The notes: generated by a model not told the origin, from the sequence alone. A DNA stretch of 53,546 bases from an uncultured Collinsella sp. (GCA_958438955.1 CAUBTS010000001.1:1-53546); one strand, 5' to 3'; counted from the stretch's first letter, positions 1 through 10,809 are shown. Numbers and translations: made by a program.

Positions 1-641
1 TCGACGATCGTCTCGCCCTCCACGAACAGGCGGAAGTGGCCGGGCTCGTCGGAGGTGATGTGCAGCGGTCCCATGGGGACGAGCGTAGTCTCCTTGCCCT
101 TGGTGTCGGCCAGGAATTCGTAGTTTTCCATGTCGCTCGCGGGGGCGGGGCGGAAACGGTAATCCATCGAATCCTTGCGCAACGGGTACAGCCCGCTGGG
201 CCAATCGTCGGGAAGCACCAGGCGACGGCGGTCGGGCAGACCCTCGGGAATCAGGCCAAACATATCGCGCAGCTCGCGCTCGCCCCACACGCAGGCGGGG
301 ACGAACGGCGTCACGGACGGGAACGTCATCTTGGCGGGGTCGACCTCGGCACGCACGGTAACCCAGCCGGGGTCCTCCCCCTCCATGGAGATGACGTAGT
401 ACACGGCGTAACGGCCGCACAGGCTGCGCTCGTCGTTGCCGACAATCACAGGAATCCAGCCGTAGCGCTCGTAATACAGGTAGTGGACGGCCTCGGGCAG
501 ACGGTCCAGCTTGACGGTGATCGTCAGCTGGTCCTCGCACTGCCATTCGACCTTCTCGATGCAGCCCGGAACGGCGCGGCGCAGGGCCTCGACATGGCTC
601 TCGCAGCGACGGGCATACACCTTGTTCTCAGTTTCAATCAT
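1..641 (-). CDS. hyfG: Group 4 [NiFe]-hydrogenase large subunit (HyfG/HycE-like), N-terminal part; runs off the window edge
   Basis: Not in the ORF track. Manual translation from ATG 641 gives MIETENKVY...GNDERSLCGRYAVYYVISME...WGERELRDMFGLIPEGLPDRRRLVLPDDWPSGLYPLRKDSMDYR...GPLHITSDEPGHFRLFVEGE, which matches HycE/HyfG motifs. Follows hyfF. Confidence 0.92.
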   Translation of the reverse strand, partial: MIETENKVYARRCESHVEALRRAVPGCIEKVEWQCEDQLTITVKLDRLPEAVHYLYYERYGWIPVIVGNDERSLCGRYAVYYVISMEGEDPGWVTVRAEVDPAKMTFPSVTPFVPACVWGERELRDMFGLIPEGLPDRRRLVLPDDWPSGLYPLRKDSMDYRFRPAPASDMENYEFLADTKGKETTLVPMGPLHITSDEPGHFRLFVEGETIV

Positions 642-644
642 TCG

Positions 645-2204
645 TTACTCCACCTCGCTCTGAGCGGTCTCGGTACCGAACACAGCGCGGTACATCGGCG
701 TCGCGTGAAGTTCCTCGGTGCTCTGCTCGAGCACGATGCCGGTCGCGGTCTCCACACCGTGCACGAGAGGCAGCGGGGTGGCAATGCCAAACCACAAGAT
801 CATAACAGCCAGGATGATTTCGGGGATAAGCATGAGCGCCGGGGCCTCATGCTTGCCCATGCCCTGGGGCGCATGGCCGAATACCGACTTGAGTGCGATG
901 CGGGTGAGCGCGGAGATGGCCACGGTAAGACCGAGGGCGACCACGACGACCAGCCACATGGGACCGGCGGTAACACCGGCGACAAAAGTCAGGAACTCGG
1001 AGATAAACATGCCAAAGGGCGGGAAGGCACCAAGACCGAGCAGCGCCAGGACGGCGAGCGCGGCGGTTGCGGGAGCAACCTCGACGACGCCCTGGATCTT
1101 GGCCAGGCTACGCGTGCCAAAGGCGTGCTGGATGTTGCCGGACACGCAGAAGGCGAGCGTCTTGGTAAAGCCGTGGAACACGCAGTGCAGCAGGGCCGCG
1201 GCGATACCCAGCGGGCCACCGATACCCAGGCACAGGGCGATAACGCCCACGTTCTCCACAGACGAGTACGCAAAGCGGCGCTTGAGGTCATCCTGGCGAA
1301 ACATCGAAAGTGCCGCCACCAAAATGGACAGCGTACCGACGATCAGCAGCAAAAGCTGCGGATACTCGGCGCCCACGGCCTGGATGGTAAAGCCGTAGAA
1401 GCGCATGATCACAAGCATGGCGCACTTAAGCAGCACGCCCGAGAGCAGGGCCGAGACAGGGCTCGGGGCCTGGGAGTGGGCATCGGGCAGCCAAGTGTGC
1501 ATGGGGAACAAGCCGGCCTTGGTGCCAAAGCCGATCACGATAAACGCAAAGGCGAGGCGCATGAGCGTCGGGTCGAACTGGTCGGCATACGGCAGCACGC
1601 ACGACAGGAATGCGGCCTCGTGGGCGTTGGGAATCACGTCGGCGGCGTTGGCGTAGATCAGCAGCGTACCGAACAGGCCAAAGGCCACGCCGGCGGTGCA
1701 GACCATCGCATACTTCCAAGAAGCCTCGAGGGCCGTCTTGTTCTTGTAGATACCCACGAGGAACACGGTGGAAAGCGTGGTTGCCTCCACGGCGGCCCAC
1801 GTGAGGATCATGTTGTTGGACAGGCACGCGAGCAGCATGGTGAACACAAACAGGCTAAACAGCGCAAAATACTGCTTGGCGCGCTCGGCGGGCATGGAGC
1901 CCTCCTCGATATCGGCCTTTACATAGGGCAGCGAGAACAGCCCCGTAAGAAAACCGATAAAGCCGATGAGCAGCACAAAGATGGCGCCCAGCGAATCGAG
2001 GTGGAACCACAGGCCAAGAGCGCTCGCGGTGTCGCCGCTCATAAGGACGTCACCGGCCGTCACAATCGACAGCACCAGGACGGCTGCGACGGAGACCAGG
2101 TTGAGACCGGCAAACACGTTATAGGACGTGTTCTTGGGCAAAAACGCCATGACCAGCGAGAACACCAAAGGAGTCGCGAGCAGGGCGAGAATCAACGTTT
2201 CCAT
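645..2204 (-). CDS. hyfF: Hydrogenase-4 membrane subunit F (antiporter-like)
   Basis: Polytopic; EATTLSTVFLV, GFGTKAGLFPMHTWLPDAHSQAPSPVSALLSG, AYSSVENVG; position in cluster. Confidence 0.9.
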   Translation of the reverse strand: METLILALLATPLVFSLVMAFLPKNTSYNVFAGLNLVSVAAVLVLSIVTAGDVLMSGDTASALGLWFHLDSLGAIFVLLIGFIGFLTGLFSLPYVKADIEEGSMPAERAKQYFALFSLFVFTMLLACLSNNMILTWAAVEATTLSTVFLVGIYKNKTALEASWKYAMVCTAGVAFGLFGTLLIYANAADVIPNAHEAAFLSCVLPYADQFDPTLMRLAFAFIVIGFGTKAGLFPMHTWLPDAHSQAPSPVSALLSGVLLKCAMLVIMRFYGFTIQAVGAEYPQLLLLIVGTLSILVAALSMFRQDDLKRRFAYSSVENVGVIALCLGIGGPLGIAAALLHCVFHGFTKTLAFCVSGNIQHAFGTRSLAKIQGVVEVAPATAALAVLALLGLGAFPPFGMFISEFLTFVAGVTAGPMWLVVVVALGLTVAISALTRIALKSVFGHAPQGMGKHEAPALMLIPEIILAVMILWFGIATPLPLVHGVETATGIVLEQSTEELHATPMYRAVFGTETAQSEVE

Positions 2205-2207
2205 GGA

Positions 2208-2861
2208 CTACCCCCTCAGCTCGGACAGGTCGCGCGCATCGAGCGAGTGGGAGTCGTCCCAAATGCGACGCACGACGATGGACATGATGATGACGGCAAA
2301 GATGGCGTCGGTGGCGATACCGATCTCGATGATCTCGGGGGCGGTGGGGGCCAAAAGCGCGAGCGTCACGTGGCTGCCGTTTTCCATAAGGCAGTATCCA
2401 AAGATCTGCTTCATGATGTTGCGCTGCGAGATGATGCAGGTGAGGCCCACGAAGAAGTGAGCGAAGCTAATAGCGAGCGCAGGCGTTGCGACCTCGGCCG
2501 TGGGCAGGCTGATCTGCGTCACGACGGCAAAGCAGATCGCGACCTCCACGGCGATGATGCAGATGGCCCACGCGGGCTTAAGGCCGGCCTTGAGCGATGC
2601 GTCGCTCGGCTCGCCCATCTTCTTGTATGCGCGGTTAAGGATATAAGGGACCAGGACGACCTTGGTGATAAAGGCAGATCCAGCCCACATAAGCAGCTCC
2701 TGCGCACCGGTAGTGGCACCGAGCGTGGCGAGCAGTCCCACGAGCACCAGCGACTGTACCGCATACCAGCTGATGGCGTGCTTGATGTTCTTTGAGACGA
2801 CCACCATGGTGGACGTGACGATCAGAAGGCCGCCAAGGATGTTGACGATCGAATAACCCAT
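2208..2861 (-). CDS. hyfE: Hydrogenase-4 membrane subunit E
   Basis: 217 aa hydrophobic; QRNIMKQIFGYCLMENGSH motif. Confidence 0.9.
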   Translation of the reverse strand: MGYSIVNILGGLLIVTSTMVVVSKNIKHAISWYAVQSLVLVGLLATLGATTGAQELLMWAGSAFITKVVLVPYILNRAYKKMGEPSDASLKAGLKPAWAICIIAVEVAICFAVVTQISLPTAEVATPALAISFAHFFVGLTCIISQRNIMKQIFGYCLMENGSHVTLALLAPTAPEIIEIGIATDAIFAVIIMSIVVRRIWDDSHSLDARDLSELRG

Positions 2862-2874
2862 GTCGTTCTACCTC

Positions 2875-4332
2875 CTAACCGATCCAGCTGGCCGAAAGCG
2901 GGCCGCTGACGATGACCATGATGATGAGCACGATGAACACGAACGCCATCGCGCGGGGAAGCGGGGCTCCCGCAGCGACCTCTTCGCTCGGCTCGCCGGG
3001 CAGGCAATAGCCCATCCACTTGAGGAACCAGGCAAAGGTGGCGACGGTCTCGGCGACCATGATGCACACGAGCACCAGGATCGCGACGTTGCCGGCACCC
3101 ACGGAGAAGCCGCCGGCGATGATCTGGAACTTCGAGAAGAACGTGTTCATGGGCGGCACGCCGGCAATGGCGAGTGCCGCGACACCAAAGCCCACGCCCG
3201 AGATCGGGTACTTCTTTACGATGCCGCGAAGCTTGGGCAGCATACGCGTGCCGAGCGTAAAGGAGAACGAACCGGCGATCAGGAAGAACAGCGTCTTGGC
3301 GAAAGCGTGGTTAAAGATGTGGCACACGGCGCCATCAAAGGCCAGCTGGCTGCCAAAGACCGAAAGGCCCAGACCAAAGAACACATAGGAGAGCTGGGCG
3401 ATCGTGGAGAAGGCCAGCAGGCGCTTCATGTCCTTTTGCGGCAGGTACATAAGGAAACCAAAGAGCATGGTGACCATGGCGTCAATAATGGCGACCCAGC
3501 CCACGATCTCGGGAATCTCGCCGGCAGAGACGAGTGCGCGCGCGAACACGCACACGCCGACCTTGACCATCGAGGCGCCATGCAGGTAGGCCGAAACAGG
3601 CGTCGGCGCCTCCATGGCCGAAGGCAGCCACATGTACATGGGGACCTGTGCGGACTTGGCCCAGGCCGCAAACAGCACGAGCAAGAGGACGATAGCCTTG
3701 AGCTTGGCGTCGAGGCCTGCAATCGCGGTAATGGCGAAGGTGCCGGTGTGGGCAAACACGATGGCGGCGCCCAGATACAGGCCGAGCGCACCGATATGCG
3801 TGATGATTAGGGCCTTCATGCCGGCCTTCTTGGCCGTAGGCGTCATGTAGTAGCTAATGAGGCCCCAAGAGCACGCACCCGTGATCTCAAAGAACACGAG
3901 CTGGCCCAAAAGGGTCGAGCTGTACACGAGGCCGGCCATGGCGCCGATGAAGGTCGCGAGGTACGCGTAGAAGCGACGACGCGGCGCATCGGGATGCTCA
4001 CGGTTATTCTTGCTCATATAGGGGATCGAATAGATCACGACAAGCAGGCCGATACCCACAAAGGCGGGCGCGAGCAGCGTGCTCATGCGATCGAAGGTGA
4101 ATCCCATGACGAGGGTCTGCCCAAACGAGATCAGGGGGGCCTGCGTGTCGGGCATGCCGGCGCCAGCGAAATTCGCGGCGAGGGCGATGGTGCAGGCCGT
4201 CGAGACGGCGGCACCCAAAACGCTGAACCACTTGGCGTACGGACGGGGGAACAGGGCGACGAGCACCGAGGCCACCATCGGGGCCGCGATAGCGACCAAG
4301 CCGAGAAGGGACAGACTGACTGCAAATGACAT
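2875..4332 (-). CDS. hyfD: Hydrogenase-4 membrane subunit D (NuoL-like)
   Basis: FFEITGACSWGLI, AWAKSAQVP.YMWLPSAMEAPTPVSAYLHGASMVKVG, NHAFAKTLFFL. Confidence 0.9.
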   Translation of the reverse strand: MSFAVSLSLLGLVAIAAPMVASVLVALFPRPYAKWFSVLGAAVSTACTIALAANFAGAGMPDTQAPLISFGQTLVMGFTFDRMSTLLAPAFVGIGLLVVIYSIPYMSKNNREHPDAPRRRFYAYLATFIGAMAGLVYSSTLLGQLVFFEITGACSWGLISYYMTPTAKKAGMKALIITHIGALGLYLGAAIVFAHTGTFAITAIAGLDAKLKAIVLLLVLFAAWAKSAQVPMYMWLPSAMEAPTPVSAYLHGASMVKVGVCVFARALVSAGEIPEIVGWVAIIDAMVTMLFGFLMYLPQKDMKRLLAFSTIAQLSYVFFGLGLSVFGSQLAFDGAVCHIFNHAFAKTLFFLIAGSFSFTLGTRMLPKLRGIVKKYPISGVGFGVAALAIAGVPPMNTFFSKFQIIAGGFSVGAGNVAILVLVCIMVAETVATFAWFLKWMGYCLPGEPSEEVAAGAPLPRAMAFVFIVLIIMVIVSGPLSASWIG

Positions 4333-4347
4333 TGTTTCTCCCTTCTC

Positions 4348-5274
4348 CTACACGCCGACGACCACGAAGACAAACGCCAGAACGGCGATGCCCACAACGG
4401 CCCAGGTCTGATTGCCAAGCACCTTAAAGCGCGAACGCGAGCAGGAGTTCTCGATCACGCCGCATACGACAAAGTCGATCAGGCACTTCACCAGGAAGAT
4501 GACTGCGCCCAGAACAGCGGCGGCGCCCACGGTCGCGGGCTCGCCCCAGGGGACGAAGATCGCGCAGAACCAAGCGACGACCAGGACCTGCTTCATGGAC
4601 ATGGCGAGCTTGGCCATGGCGAGCGACGGGCCGGAAAGCTCGGCGAGCGGACCTTCCTGGAGCTCTTGCTCGGCCTCGGCCTGGTCAAACGGCAGCTTGC
4701 CGAGTTCCATGTAGCAGGCGATCGCAAAGGCGATGCCGGCGAGGATCACGGCGACCGGCGCATCGATGGCGCCCGTCATGATGTGCTGACCCATGGTGGC
4801 GATGTCAGTGGAACCGCACACCAGGGCGGCGGCAAACAGCGCCAGCAGCATGGACGGCTCGATGAGCACGCTCATGAGCAGCTCACGGACGCCGCCGATA
4901 CCGGCGTAGGCGTTGGACGAATCCACACCGCAGAGGGCGAAGAAGAAGCGGGCGAGCGCCAGGCTGTACATGATGGTGATGGCGTCACCAAAGACCGGGA
5001 TGGGGCTTTGTGCCGTAAAGAGCGGCAGGCCCATCGCGAGCATAAAGGCGACGGCGAAAAACAGCGGCGGCATGATGCGCAGCGCAAAGCTCGCATCCTC
5101 GCTCTGGGACTCGGGGCGCGCAAAGAGCTTGGCCAGGTCGCGGTAGTCCTGCATGATGCTGGGACCGCGACGGTTGTGCATCTTGGCGCGGATCACGCGG
5201 CCGAGACCGGAGAAGAACGGCGCGACGGCCATGACGACCACGCCCTGCAGAACGGCAAGTACGATGTTGTTCAT
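4348..5274 (-). CDS. hyfC: Hydrogenase-4 subunit C (NuoH/HycD-like)
   Basis: RRGPSIMQDYRDLAKL, GKLPFDQAEAEQELQEGPLAELSG. Confidence 0.9.
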   Translation of the reverse strand: MNNIVLAVLQGVVVMAVAPFFSGLGRVIRAKMHNRRGPSIMQDYRDLAKLFARPESQSEDASFALRIMPPLFFAVAFMLAMGLPLFTAQSPIPVFGDAITIMYSLALARFFFALCGVDSSNAYAGIGGVRELLMSVLIEPSMLLALFAAALVCGSTDIATMGQHIMTGAIDAPVAVILAGIAFAIACYMELGKLPFDQAEAEQELQEGPLAELSGPSLAMAKLAMSMKQVLVVAWFCAIFVPWGEPATVGAAAVLGAVIFLVKCLIDFVVCGVIENSCSRSRFKVLGNQTWAVVGIAVLAFVFVVVGV

Positions 5275-5286
5275 GCTCTCCCCTCC

Positions 5287-7305
5287 TTAACCCATTTGCA
5301 CGGCGAGCACGAGGAACACCACGAGTGCCGCGACGATGTAGCAGATATAGATGCTGTAGTTGCCGCCCTCGAGCTTAGTCGCGAGGTCGGCGAGCTTCTC
5401 GACACCCTTATGCGGGGCATCGACGAGAACCTTGTCGGGTACGGGCTCCACAGCCTCGGCCACACCGGTGAGCTTCTGGAAGAAGTGCGCGATGGACCAG
5501 CAGACGGCCGTGCAGCGGTCGCGCAGCGTGTAGAGCGGCTGCATAAACCAGGACACCTCGGAGGCAAAGGTCGTGGCCACGACGGGCATATGCTCGTTGG
5601 GAGCATAGCCGCATGCCCACGGCTGGGACTTCTGCACCTTGCCGACGGTCTTGAGCTTGCGATAACCGCAGGCAAGGCCGACAAGCACCACGAGCGCAAT
5701 GGCGATCGCGGGCGTGGAGGTGGCGGCGCCGGAGTACTGGTTCATGAGCTCCATGCCCTCGGCGGCAAACACTCCACCGTACGGATGCAGCACGGACGCG
5801 GCGACATCGACCAGCACGGGCGCGATCACGGGAGCGCCGATGCCCAGCACGACGCAGATGGCCGCGAGCAGGCCCTGCGCAAACACCATGGGGGCGGGAA
5901 CCTCCTTGGCATTGGCCGCGGCCTCGGAGCGGGGCGCGGAGGCAAAGGAGACGCCATAGGCCTTGACGAAGCACGTGACGGCCAGCGCGCCGGTAATGGC
6001 AAGCGCGACGGCAGCGAACACGGCCACGATCATGACGGCCTTGTCGCCCTGCATGGCAGCGTTAAACAGCGACTGGTAGGTAAACCACTCGGACACAAAG
6101 CCGTTGAAGGGCGGGATGGCCGAGATGGCAAGCGCGCCAACGAGGAAGCAGATGGCCGTTGCCGGCATACGACGGAACAGACCGCCCATCTTCTCCATAT
6201 TGCGCGTACCCGTGGAGTACAGCAGCGCACCGGCGCCCAAGAACAGCTCGCCCTTAAACATCGCGTGGTTAAACGTGTGATAGAGGGCGGCCATCAGAGC
6301 CAGGACGGCGATGCCGACAGAGTTGAGCGCCATGGCGGCCATGGAGGCGCCGACGCCGAGCAGAATGATGCCGATGTTCTCGACGGAGTGATAGGCCAGC
6401 AAGCGCTTGATATCATGCTCCTGCAGGGCGAAGGCCACGCCGAGGACCGACGAGATCGCACCGAAGACCATGACCATAAGACCCCACCAGACCTGAACGC
6501 CAGAGGCGGAGAGCAGGTCGAGGCCCACCTTGAGGATGCCGAAGATACCGATCTTGATCATGCCGCCGGACATGAGGGCCGACACGTTGGACGGCGCCTC
6601 GGGATGTGCCTTGGGCAGCCAGCCGTGCAGCGGGATGATACCGGCCTTGGCGCCAAAGCCAAAGAAGGCGAGCACGAAGCACACGGATGCGACCGCGGGG
6701 CTAAACTGCGTGGCGCGGAAATCCGCAAAGGCAAACGAGCCGCCGGCGAAGTTGGTCATGGTGAGGAAGCTCGCCATGATGAGCACAAAGCCCACGTGCG
6801 CGATCACAAAGTAGAGCCAACCGCCATGGATGGAGTTCTCGTTCTCCTCGATCACGACCAGGAAGTACGAGGTCAGCGACATGAGCTCAAAGGCGACCAG
6901 GAACCAAAACACGTTGTCGGCGGTAATGACGAGCATCATGGACGCCACGAAGGTGTTAAAGAAGAAGCCGGCGCGGCCCTTTTTGCCCGGGTACTCATCA
7001 AAGTAGTTGAGACCGTAGATCGAGCCGGCAAACGCGAGCACCGAGATGAGCGCCACGAACAGGCCGGACAGCTGGTTGAGCAGCAGCTGGAAATGGGCAA
7101 ACGGGAAGAACACGATGGTGTCGACCGACGTGACATCGCCCAGCACGGCCTGGATACCGGCCACAAACGAAAGCACCGCGGCGACGGCGCCGATAAGGCA
7201 GCCGGCGGTCTTGGCGGCGTTATCGGCCTTGATCAGCAGAACCGAGGCGAGCGCACCGATGCACGAGACGGCAAGCGATGCGGCAAACAGCGTCATGCTA
7301 TCCAT
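5287..7305 (-). CDS. hyfB: Hydrogenase-4 subunit B (HycC/HyfB-like)
   Basis: 672 aa; KAGIIPLHGWLPKAHPEAPSNVSALMSG, LLAYHSVENIGII, WACGY. Confidence 0.9.
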   Translation of the reverse strand: MDSMTLFAASLAVSCIGALASVLLIKADNAAKTAGCLIGAVAAVLSFVAGIQAVLGDVTSVDTIVFFPFAHFQLLLNQLSGLFVALISVLAFAGSIYGLNYFDEYPGKKGRAGFFFNTFVASMMLVITADNVFWFLVAFELMSLTSYFLVVIEENENSIHGGWLYFVIAHVGFVLIMASFLTMTNFAGGSFAFADFRATQFSPAVASVCFVLAFFGFGAKAGIIPLHGWLPKAHPEAPSNVSALMSGGMIKIGIFGILKVGLDLLSASGVQVWWGLMVMVFGAISSVLGVAFALQEHDIKRLLAYHSVENIGIILLGVGASMAAMALNSVGIAVLALMAALYHTFNHAMFKGELFLGAGALLYSTGTRNMEKMGGLFRRMPATAICFLVGALAISAIPPFNGFVSEWFTYQSLFNAAMQGDKAVMIVAVFAAVALAITGALAVTCFVKAYGVSFASAPRSEAAANAKEVPAPMVFAQGLLAAICVVLGIGAPVIAPVLVDVAASVLHPYGGVFAAEGMELMNQYSGAATSTPAIAIALVVLVGLACGYRKLKTVGKVQKSQPWACGYAPNEHMPVVATTFASEVSWFMQPLYTLRDRCTAVCWSIAHFFQKLTGVAEAVEPVPDKVLVDAPHKGVEKLADLATKLEGGNYSIYICYIVAALVVFLVLAVQMG

Positions 7306-7915
7306 TGTTTACGCTCCCTTCTGCTTTCTCGGACAGGCCCTGGGCCACAGCGGTAACGTCGACGACCGGACCGTTTTCGATCGAGCGCAGGCGCTTGGCC
7401 TCGTCGAGCTCGCGATCGGCCGCGCCGCCCATGACGGTCAGCGCCTTGGTGGGGCACGCCGCCACACAATGCGGGCCGTCCGGATCGAAGGCGCACAGAT
7501 CGCACTTGACAGCGCAGGTGTACTGGCCGGGAGCCCACGTAAGAAGGCTGCTCAGGGACTTAGGATACGAAGGCGTCGGATCGCACATGCCTGCGACACC
7601 GGCGATAGACGTGCCATCGGGATGGATGGCTCCGAAGGGGCACGCGATGGCGCACAGCCTGCACCCGATGCACTCCTGCTCCTTGACGTGGATGCGATCG
7701 CCATCGTGCTCGATGGCATTCACCGGGCAAACCTCGGCGCAGGGGGCACCCTCGCAATGGTGGCAGGCAAGGGCGGCCGAAATACCGCCGGTCTTCACGA
7801 GCGCCAGGCGCGGCGTATCCTGAAGACCCTGCATCCGGTGGGCGTCGGCACAGGCGGACTGGCATGTTCCGCAGCCGATGCACCTCTCCGGGTTGATGTC
7901 GATGAAGCGGTTCAT
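7298..7915 (-). CDS. hyfA: 4Fe-4S electron-transfer subunit (HyfA/HycB-like)
   Basis: Four Cys clusters (CIGCGTC, CHHCEGAPC..VCP, CIGCRLCAIACP, KCDLC..CP); ATG 7915 follows GAAAGGAAG. Confidence 0.85.
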   Translation of the reverse strand: MNRFIDINPERCIGCGTCQSACADAHRMQGLQDTPRLALVKTGGISAALACHHCEGAPCAEVCPVNAIEHDGDRIHVKEQECIGCRLCAIACPFGAIHPDGTSIAGVAGMCDPTPSYPKSLSSLLTWAPGQYTCAVKCDLCAFDPDGPHCVAACPTKALTVMGGAADRELDEAKRLRSIENGPVVDVTAVAQGLSEKAEGSVNNG

Positions 7916-7993
7916 CCCCACTTCCTTTCAAAATAACGGGCCGGACCCCCGAACGTACGGGACGCCCGGCCCAAAAAGCCAACGAGAACGGGA

Positions 7994-10216
7994 CTACACG
8001 ATTTGATTCACGTGCGTCTCGTCGTCGAACTTGGCGGTGCCGGGCTCAACGTCCTGGGGAGCGGCGGCATCGACCAGAGCTTGCTTAAGCTCGGTGTACT
8101 GACGCTCGACCTCGCCCTCGGCCCAGACCTGGTCGGCGATAGCGTCGACCTGGCAGGCGGAGAACTTGTCCTCGGGCGTATGCGAGACCGGGTCAACCTT
8201 GTGAATGGTCAGCTCGTTGCACTTGCCGATCCACCACTGGTAGGTCATATAGACCGTGCCCTTGTTGATGCGATCGCTCACGTCGGCGCGGCTGTATACC
8301 TGGCCGCGGCGGCTGTGAATCGAGACGATGTCGCCGTTCTTGATGCCGCGCGCCTCGGCGTCCGCGGGATTCATGCGGACAAAGCCGGGCTCGTCGGCAA
8401 GCAGCGCCAGCGTCTTGCAGTTGCCGGTCATCGAGCGGCAGCTGTAGTGGCCGACCTCGCGGACGGTGCACAGGATGAGCGGGTACTCATCGTCGGGAAG
8501 CTCGGAGGGCGCCTCCCAGTCGTGCGCCATCAGGTTGGCGCGGCCGTCCTTGGTGGTGAACTTGCCACCAGCGAACATGTCGGGCGTACCGTGGTCGTTC
8601 ACATCGGTGCTCTTGACGGGCCACTGGGCGTAGCCGCCCTCGGGAGCCATCTTCTCGTAGGTCGCGCCCACAAAGTTGGGGCACAGGCTAATGCACTCGT
8701 TCCAGATCTGCTCGGTGTTGTCGTAGTGCATGGGGTAACCCATACGCGTGGACAGGTCCGCGAAGATCTCCCAGTCGTGACGGCACTCGCCCTTGGGCGG
8801 AACGGCCGCGTCAAAGTGCTGGAAGCTACGGTCGGATGCGGTAAAGACACCCTCGTGCTCGCCCCAAGAGGTAGCGGGCAGGATGACGTCGGCGAGCATG
8901 GTCGTCTGCGTCATAAAGATGTCCTGGCAAATGAACAGATCCAGCTCGGAGAGCGTCTTGCGCATACCGGCCGAATCGGGCTCGGTCTGCACCGGGTCCT
9001 CGCCGTAGTTGTAGAAGCAGTGCACCTTGCCCTCGTCGACCAGGTGGCCCAGGTCGGTGAGCTTATAGCCCTCCTCGAGCGGGAGCTTTTCCTCGGGCAC
9101 GCCCCAAGCCTTGGCAAACTTGGCACGCACTGCCGGGTCGGTGACCTTTTGGTAGCCAGGGTACAGGTTGGGCAGCATGCCCATATCGCAGGAGCCCTGG
9201 ACGTTATTCTGACCGCGCACGGGCGCGAGGCCAGAATTGGGTTTGCCGATCTGGCCGGCAACGCAGGCGATGGAGGCGATGGTGTGCACCGTCTTCAGGT
9301 TCTGCTTCTGCTGGCATACGCCCATACCCCAGCCAATGATGGCAGAGGGCTTCGCCGTGGCGTACATCTCGGCAGCTTGGTGGATCAACGCGGGCTCGAC
9401 ACCCGTGATGTCCTGTACGGATTCGGGAGTGTAGTTCTTGATGGTCTCCCACCATTCGTCAAAGCCGTTCGTGTGCTCGGCGACGAATTCCTTGTCGTAG
9501 AGGCCATCGTTGACCAAGCAGTTGGCAAAGGCGTTGAGGAACGCAACGTTGCAACCGTTCTTGATCGGAAGGTAGAGATCGGCGATACGCGCGGTTTCGA
9601 TATGGCGCGGGTCGGCGACGATGATCTTGCAACCCTTTTCTTTGGCTCGCACGATACGCCTTGCGACGATGGGGTGCGAATCGGCAGGGTTATAGCCGAA
9701 GAGGAAAATGCAGCCCGCATCCTCCATACCGGGGATGGAGCATGACATGCAACCTGAACCAACCGTGTCCATCAGACCGAGGACAGTAGGGCCGTGTCAA
9801 GTACGGGCGCAGTTGTCCACGCTGTGGGTGCCGATGCACGCACGCGTAAACTTCTGCATGACGTAGTTCGCCTCATTGCCGCCGCCTCGCGAAGAGCCGG
9901 TGGTCATGACAGCGTTAGGACCATATTCGTCAATTATGGCCTGCATCTTAGATGCGGTGAAATCCAGTGCCTCGTCCCAGCTTACGCGCTCAAGATCCGC
10001 GCCCTTGGTGCGGCGGATCATCGGGTGCAGTACGCGGGGAGTCAAGATCTTGGTGTCGTTGATGAAGTCGTAGCCGCTCATGCCCTTAAGGCACAGCTCG
10101 CTCTGGTTGGTGATGCCGTTGAGCGGTTCGGTACCCACGACCTGGCCGTTTTGGACCAAGAGGTTAAACTGGCAACCGGCGCCGCAGTACGGGCAAATCA
10201 CTTTATGCTTCTCCAT
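7994..10216 (-). CDS. fdhF: Selenocysteine-containing formate dehydrogenase H, catalytic subunit (about 740 aa, Sec at codon 140)
   Basis: Track ORFs 9797-10267 and 7994-9772 are one frame joined by TGA at 9797-9799 in VDNCART-U-HGPTV; N-terminal CPYCGAGC...LCLKG; RGQNNVQGSCDMG; ATG 10216 follows AGGAAGGAGG. Confidence 0.95.
9766..9799 (-). promoter_or_regulatory. Bacterial SECIS element of fdhF
   Basis: UGA + 11 nt, then UGUCCUC-GGUCU-GA(U)GGACA hairpin with GGUC in the apical loop, resembling the E. coli fdhF SECIS. Confidence 0.8.
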
Positions 10217-10290
10217 GACACCCTCCTTCCTTTCTCTGCTACCGAATACTCGGTACTTATTTGACAATCATTGGGCCTGTCGCCCGACGC

Positions 10291-10809
10291 TTACGCCTCG
10301 TTTTCGATGGTGGCGCGGGCACGCTCGGCAGTCAGTTCTGCCAGACGCTCCTCGTCTACCAGGGTGAGGCCCTTGGTCGGACACGCCTCGGCACACGCCG
10401 GACCGCCGGGACGGTCCACGCACAGGTCGCACTTGAGCACGAAGCTCTTAGTCTGCGAACCCACGCGAACGTCACCCATCAAGACGGGGACCTGCGTGGT
10501 CGCCACGCTCACGGCGCCAAAGGGGCATGCCATTACGCAGCTCTTGCAGCCGATGCAGTTGTCCTCGTTGACGCCGATGCGATGGTTCTTTGGATCAAAG
10601 AACAAGGCGCCCGTGGGGCAGGCCTTGGCGCACGGAGCGTCCTCGCAGTGGTGACATGCCACCGGCGCGGAAATCTCGTAGGTGCGCGTTACGCGCAAGC
10701 GAGGTGCGGCGATGTTGCCGGGAATATCGTGCGCCTCGATGCACGCCGCCATACAGGTTTGGCACCCAATGCAGCGTGAAGAATCAGCCACGACTCGTTT
10801 ATTGCCCAT
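10291..10809 (-). CDS. 4Fe-4S dicluster electron-transfer protein (HydN/HycB-like)
   Basis: CIGCQTC, CHHCEDAPCAKACP, CIGCKSCVMACP, KCDLC..CP; ATG 10809 after GGAGGGAG. Confidence 0.88.
   Translation of the reverse strand: MGNKRVVADSSRCIGCQTCMAACIEAHDIPGNIAAPRLRVTRTYEISAPVACHHCEDAPCAKACPTGALFFDPKNHRIGVNEDNCIGCKSCVMACPFGAVSVATTQVPVLMGDVRVGSQTKSFVLKCDLCVDRPGGPACAEACPTKGLTLVDEERLAELTAERARATIENEA

Noticed and set aside
36..9745. Very long plus-strand ORFs (919, 896 and 580 aa) and similar antisense ORFs elsewhere
   Set aside because: They are shadow frames opposite well-supported minus-strand genes in high-GC DNA and have no recognisable motifs
7994..10267. fdhF (and likewise selD) as split pseudogenes
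   Set aside because: The in-frame TGA falls at the catalytic Sec position and is followed by a SECIS-like hairpin
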